Assembly (NCBI GenBank): GCA_016205145.1
Contig: JACQJH010000001.1
Coordinates: forward strand, 180,001-212,000
Direction of reading: 5' to 3'
DNA: 32,000 nt
DNA from: Candidatus Iainarchaeum sp.
GTDB lineage: Archaea > Iainarchaeota > Iainarchaeia > Iainarchaeales > JACQJH01
Made by a program: the position numbers and the translations under genes
The notes under the pieces: model-generated
What the model was told of the DNA's origin: nothing
Database searches by the model: none
What the model saw: the letters and a program-made list of their open reading frames with translations, nothing else
Part shown: positions 30,842-32,000 of the stretch, piece by piece
Layout: every line of letters begins with the position of its first letter
Position numbering within the stretch: position 1 is the first letter of the stretch

Positions 30842-32000
30842 TTACCAGCCGTAGCTTTTCGCGCGCGAATACTGCAGGGCTGAGAAAACGCGGATTGTTT
30901 TGAGCTTTGGCAGTTTTGGGTTTGCCAGCAGCCTCAATCCGACAAGCAGCTTGTCCGAAAACGTCAGGCTTGTCAGGTTTTCCGGCATTATGCCGCCCAT
31001 TTCGTTCAGCTTTTTCTCGTCGAAAGTGTAAAGGCTTTTCTTTCCGCCGATAATGGAACCGTAATTGGGGAACTCCTTTCTCCATTTTTCAGAGTATTCC
31101 GCGAAAGCCTTTTCCGAAAAATCGTTTTGCTTCGCCGCCTTCGCAATCGTTTCCGCGCAAAGCCTGCCTGACATGAGTGAAAGAGCCGTGCCGCCTTCAA
31201 ACATCGGGGACGTAAAACCTGCCGCATCTCCGACCAAGGCAAACCTTTCCCCGCACGTTTTCGAAACCGGCCCGGATTCCGGTATGAGCCCGCCGAAAGT
31301 TTTTGTCACCTTCTTGTCCTCGAGCCGCATTTCCCTGATGAAACCGTCAAGGAATGCCTTTGCTTTTCCCTTTTCATTCGTAACTATTCCGACATTCGCC
31401 CTGTTCCCGCTTTTCGGGATAATCCAGGCATAACCGTGCGGCGCGAATTTGGTGGAAAAAAAGAAGTCGATTAAATCCTGGTCGACCAGGCCGTGCATTT
31501 CAACCTGCACGCCAATCACTGTTTCAGGTTTCCTGTTGATTCCGGTTTTCTGCGAAAAAACCGACGTCGGGCCGGAAGCATCGACAACGGTTTTGGCAAT
31601 GAATGTTCCGCCGCTGGTCTGTATGCGCCATCCTTCCGTGTCTTTCACGAACTGTTCCGCCCGCGTGTTCAAAAAGATTTTTGCGCCGGCTGCCTGCGCC
31701 TCGCCCACAATGAACCTTTCAAACTTGTGCTTTTCGAGCACAAAGCCTTTTTCGCGCACAACGGAATTCTTTCCGTTCGGAAAAATCACGCGGATGCCTT
31801 CAACGCGCTTTGAAATCACGCTGTCGGGCAGCTTCAGGCCGATCCTGTCAACCGCCAGTTCGGAAAGGCATTCGCCGCAGTGCACGGGTTCGCCAACCGC
31901 GGGGTGCTCTTCAATCACGCAAACACTGAGGCCGAGCCTGGCGCAATGCAATGCAGTTGAGCCTCCGGCCGGGCCCGAGCCTATGACCGCGACATCAAAA
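30842..32000 (-). CDS. Geranylgeranyl reductase family FAD-dependent oxidoreductase (archaeal lipid saturation). The 5' end runs off the right edge.
   Basis: Reading beyond the track start gives FDVAVIGSGPAGGSTALHCARLG, a GxGxxG FAD fold. FALVGDAAGFTSPMFEGG lies downstream. The frame is open to position 31999. Confidence 0.87.
   Translation of the reverse strand, partial: FDVAVIGSGPAGGSTALHCARLGLSVCVIEEHPAVGEPVHCGECLSELAVDRIGLKLPDSVISKRVEGIRVIFPNGKNSVVREKGFVLEKHKFERFIVGEAQAAGAKIFLNTRAEQFVKDTEGWRIQTSGGTFIAKTVVDASGPTSVFSQKTGINRKPETVIGVQVEMHGLVDQDLIDFFFSTKFAPHGYAWIIPKSGNRANVGIVTNEKGKAKAFLDGFIREMRLEDKKVTKTFGGLIPESGPVSKTCGERFALVGDAAGFTSPMFEGGTALSLMSGRLCAETIAKAAKQNDFSEKAFAEYSEKWRKEFPNYGSIIGGKKSLYTFDEKKLNEMGGIMPENLTSLTFSDKLLVGLRLLANPKLPKLKTIRVFSALQYSRAKSYGW

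Noticed and set aside
30660-31085. N-terminal 142 aa of the 940 aa track ORF (MEKGVPQLRFHYRRKEK...).
   Set aside because: It overlaps the 3' end of the geranylgeranyl reductase gene in another frame and reads straight through the hairpin repeat unit. The sequence is basic junk up to the point where a textbook signal peptide begins, so the start was moved to 30659.

Overview
Archaeal chromosomal segment, roughly 50% GC by eye, almost entirely transcribed on the minus strand.

- **Core (9.6-24.0 kb):** the conserved archaeal transcription/translation supercluster in canonical order: rpoH, rpoB'', rpoB', rpoA', rpoA'', L30e, nusA, S12, S7, EF-2, EF-1alpha, S10. Split B and split A subunits point to a euryarchaeal/DPANN-type lineage. 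rpiB and an archease-rtcB RNA-ligase pair follow.
- **Left flank (accessory):** two very large surface proteins. One is over 1274 codons, runs off the window and is missing from the ORF track. The other is 917 aa, rich in N-glycosylation sequons, and has a cupredoxin (blue-copper) domain.
- **Right flank (accessory):** an MscS channel, a HEPN-MNT pair with an AT-rich two-gene tail, two membrane proteins, a secreted protein of about 800 aa rich in Q/G/P and FG, and a geranylgeranyl reductase that runs off the right edge.
- **Not found:** no rRNA, tRNA, CRISPR array, transposase or integrase was recognised.
- **Most unexpected signal (non-coding):** six gaps between genes or transcription units carry members of a modular family of 5-12 bp hairpins, most with perfect stems. 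Shared modules sit at 3.8-4.1, 15.25, 16.2, 23.67, 28.15 and 30.7 kb. Several differences between copies are compensatory in both stem arms. One module lies between the real 3' end of nusA and a diverged duplicate of that 3' end.

All protein calls are by-eye motif recognition, not database searches. The ORF track extends ORFs to the furthest ATG/GTG/TTG, so several starts were trimmed.
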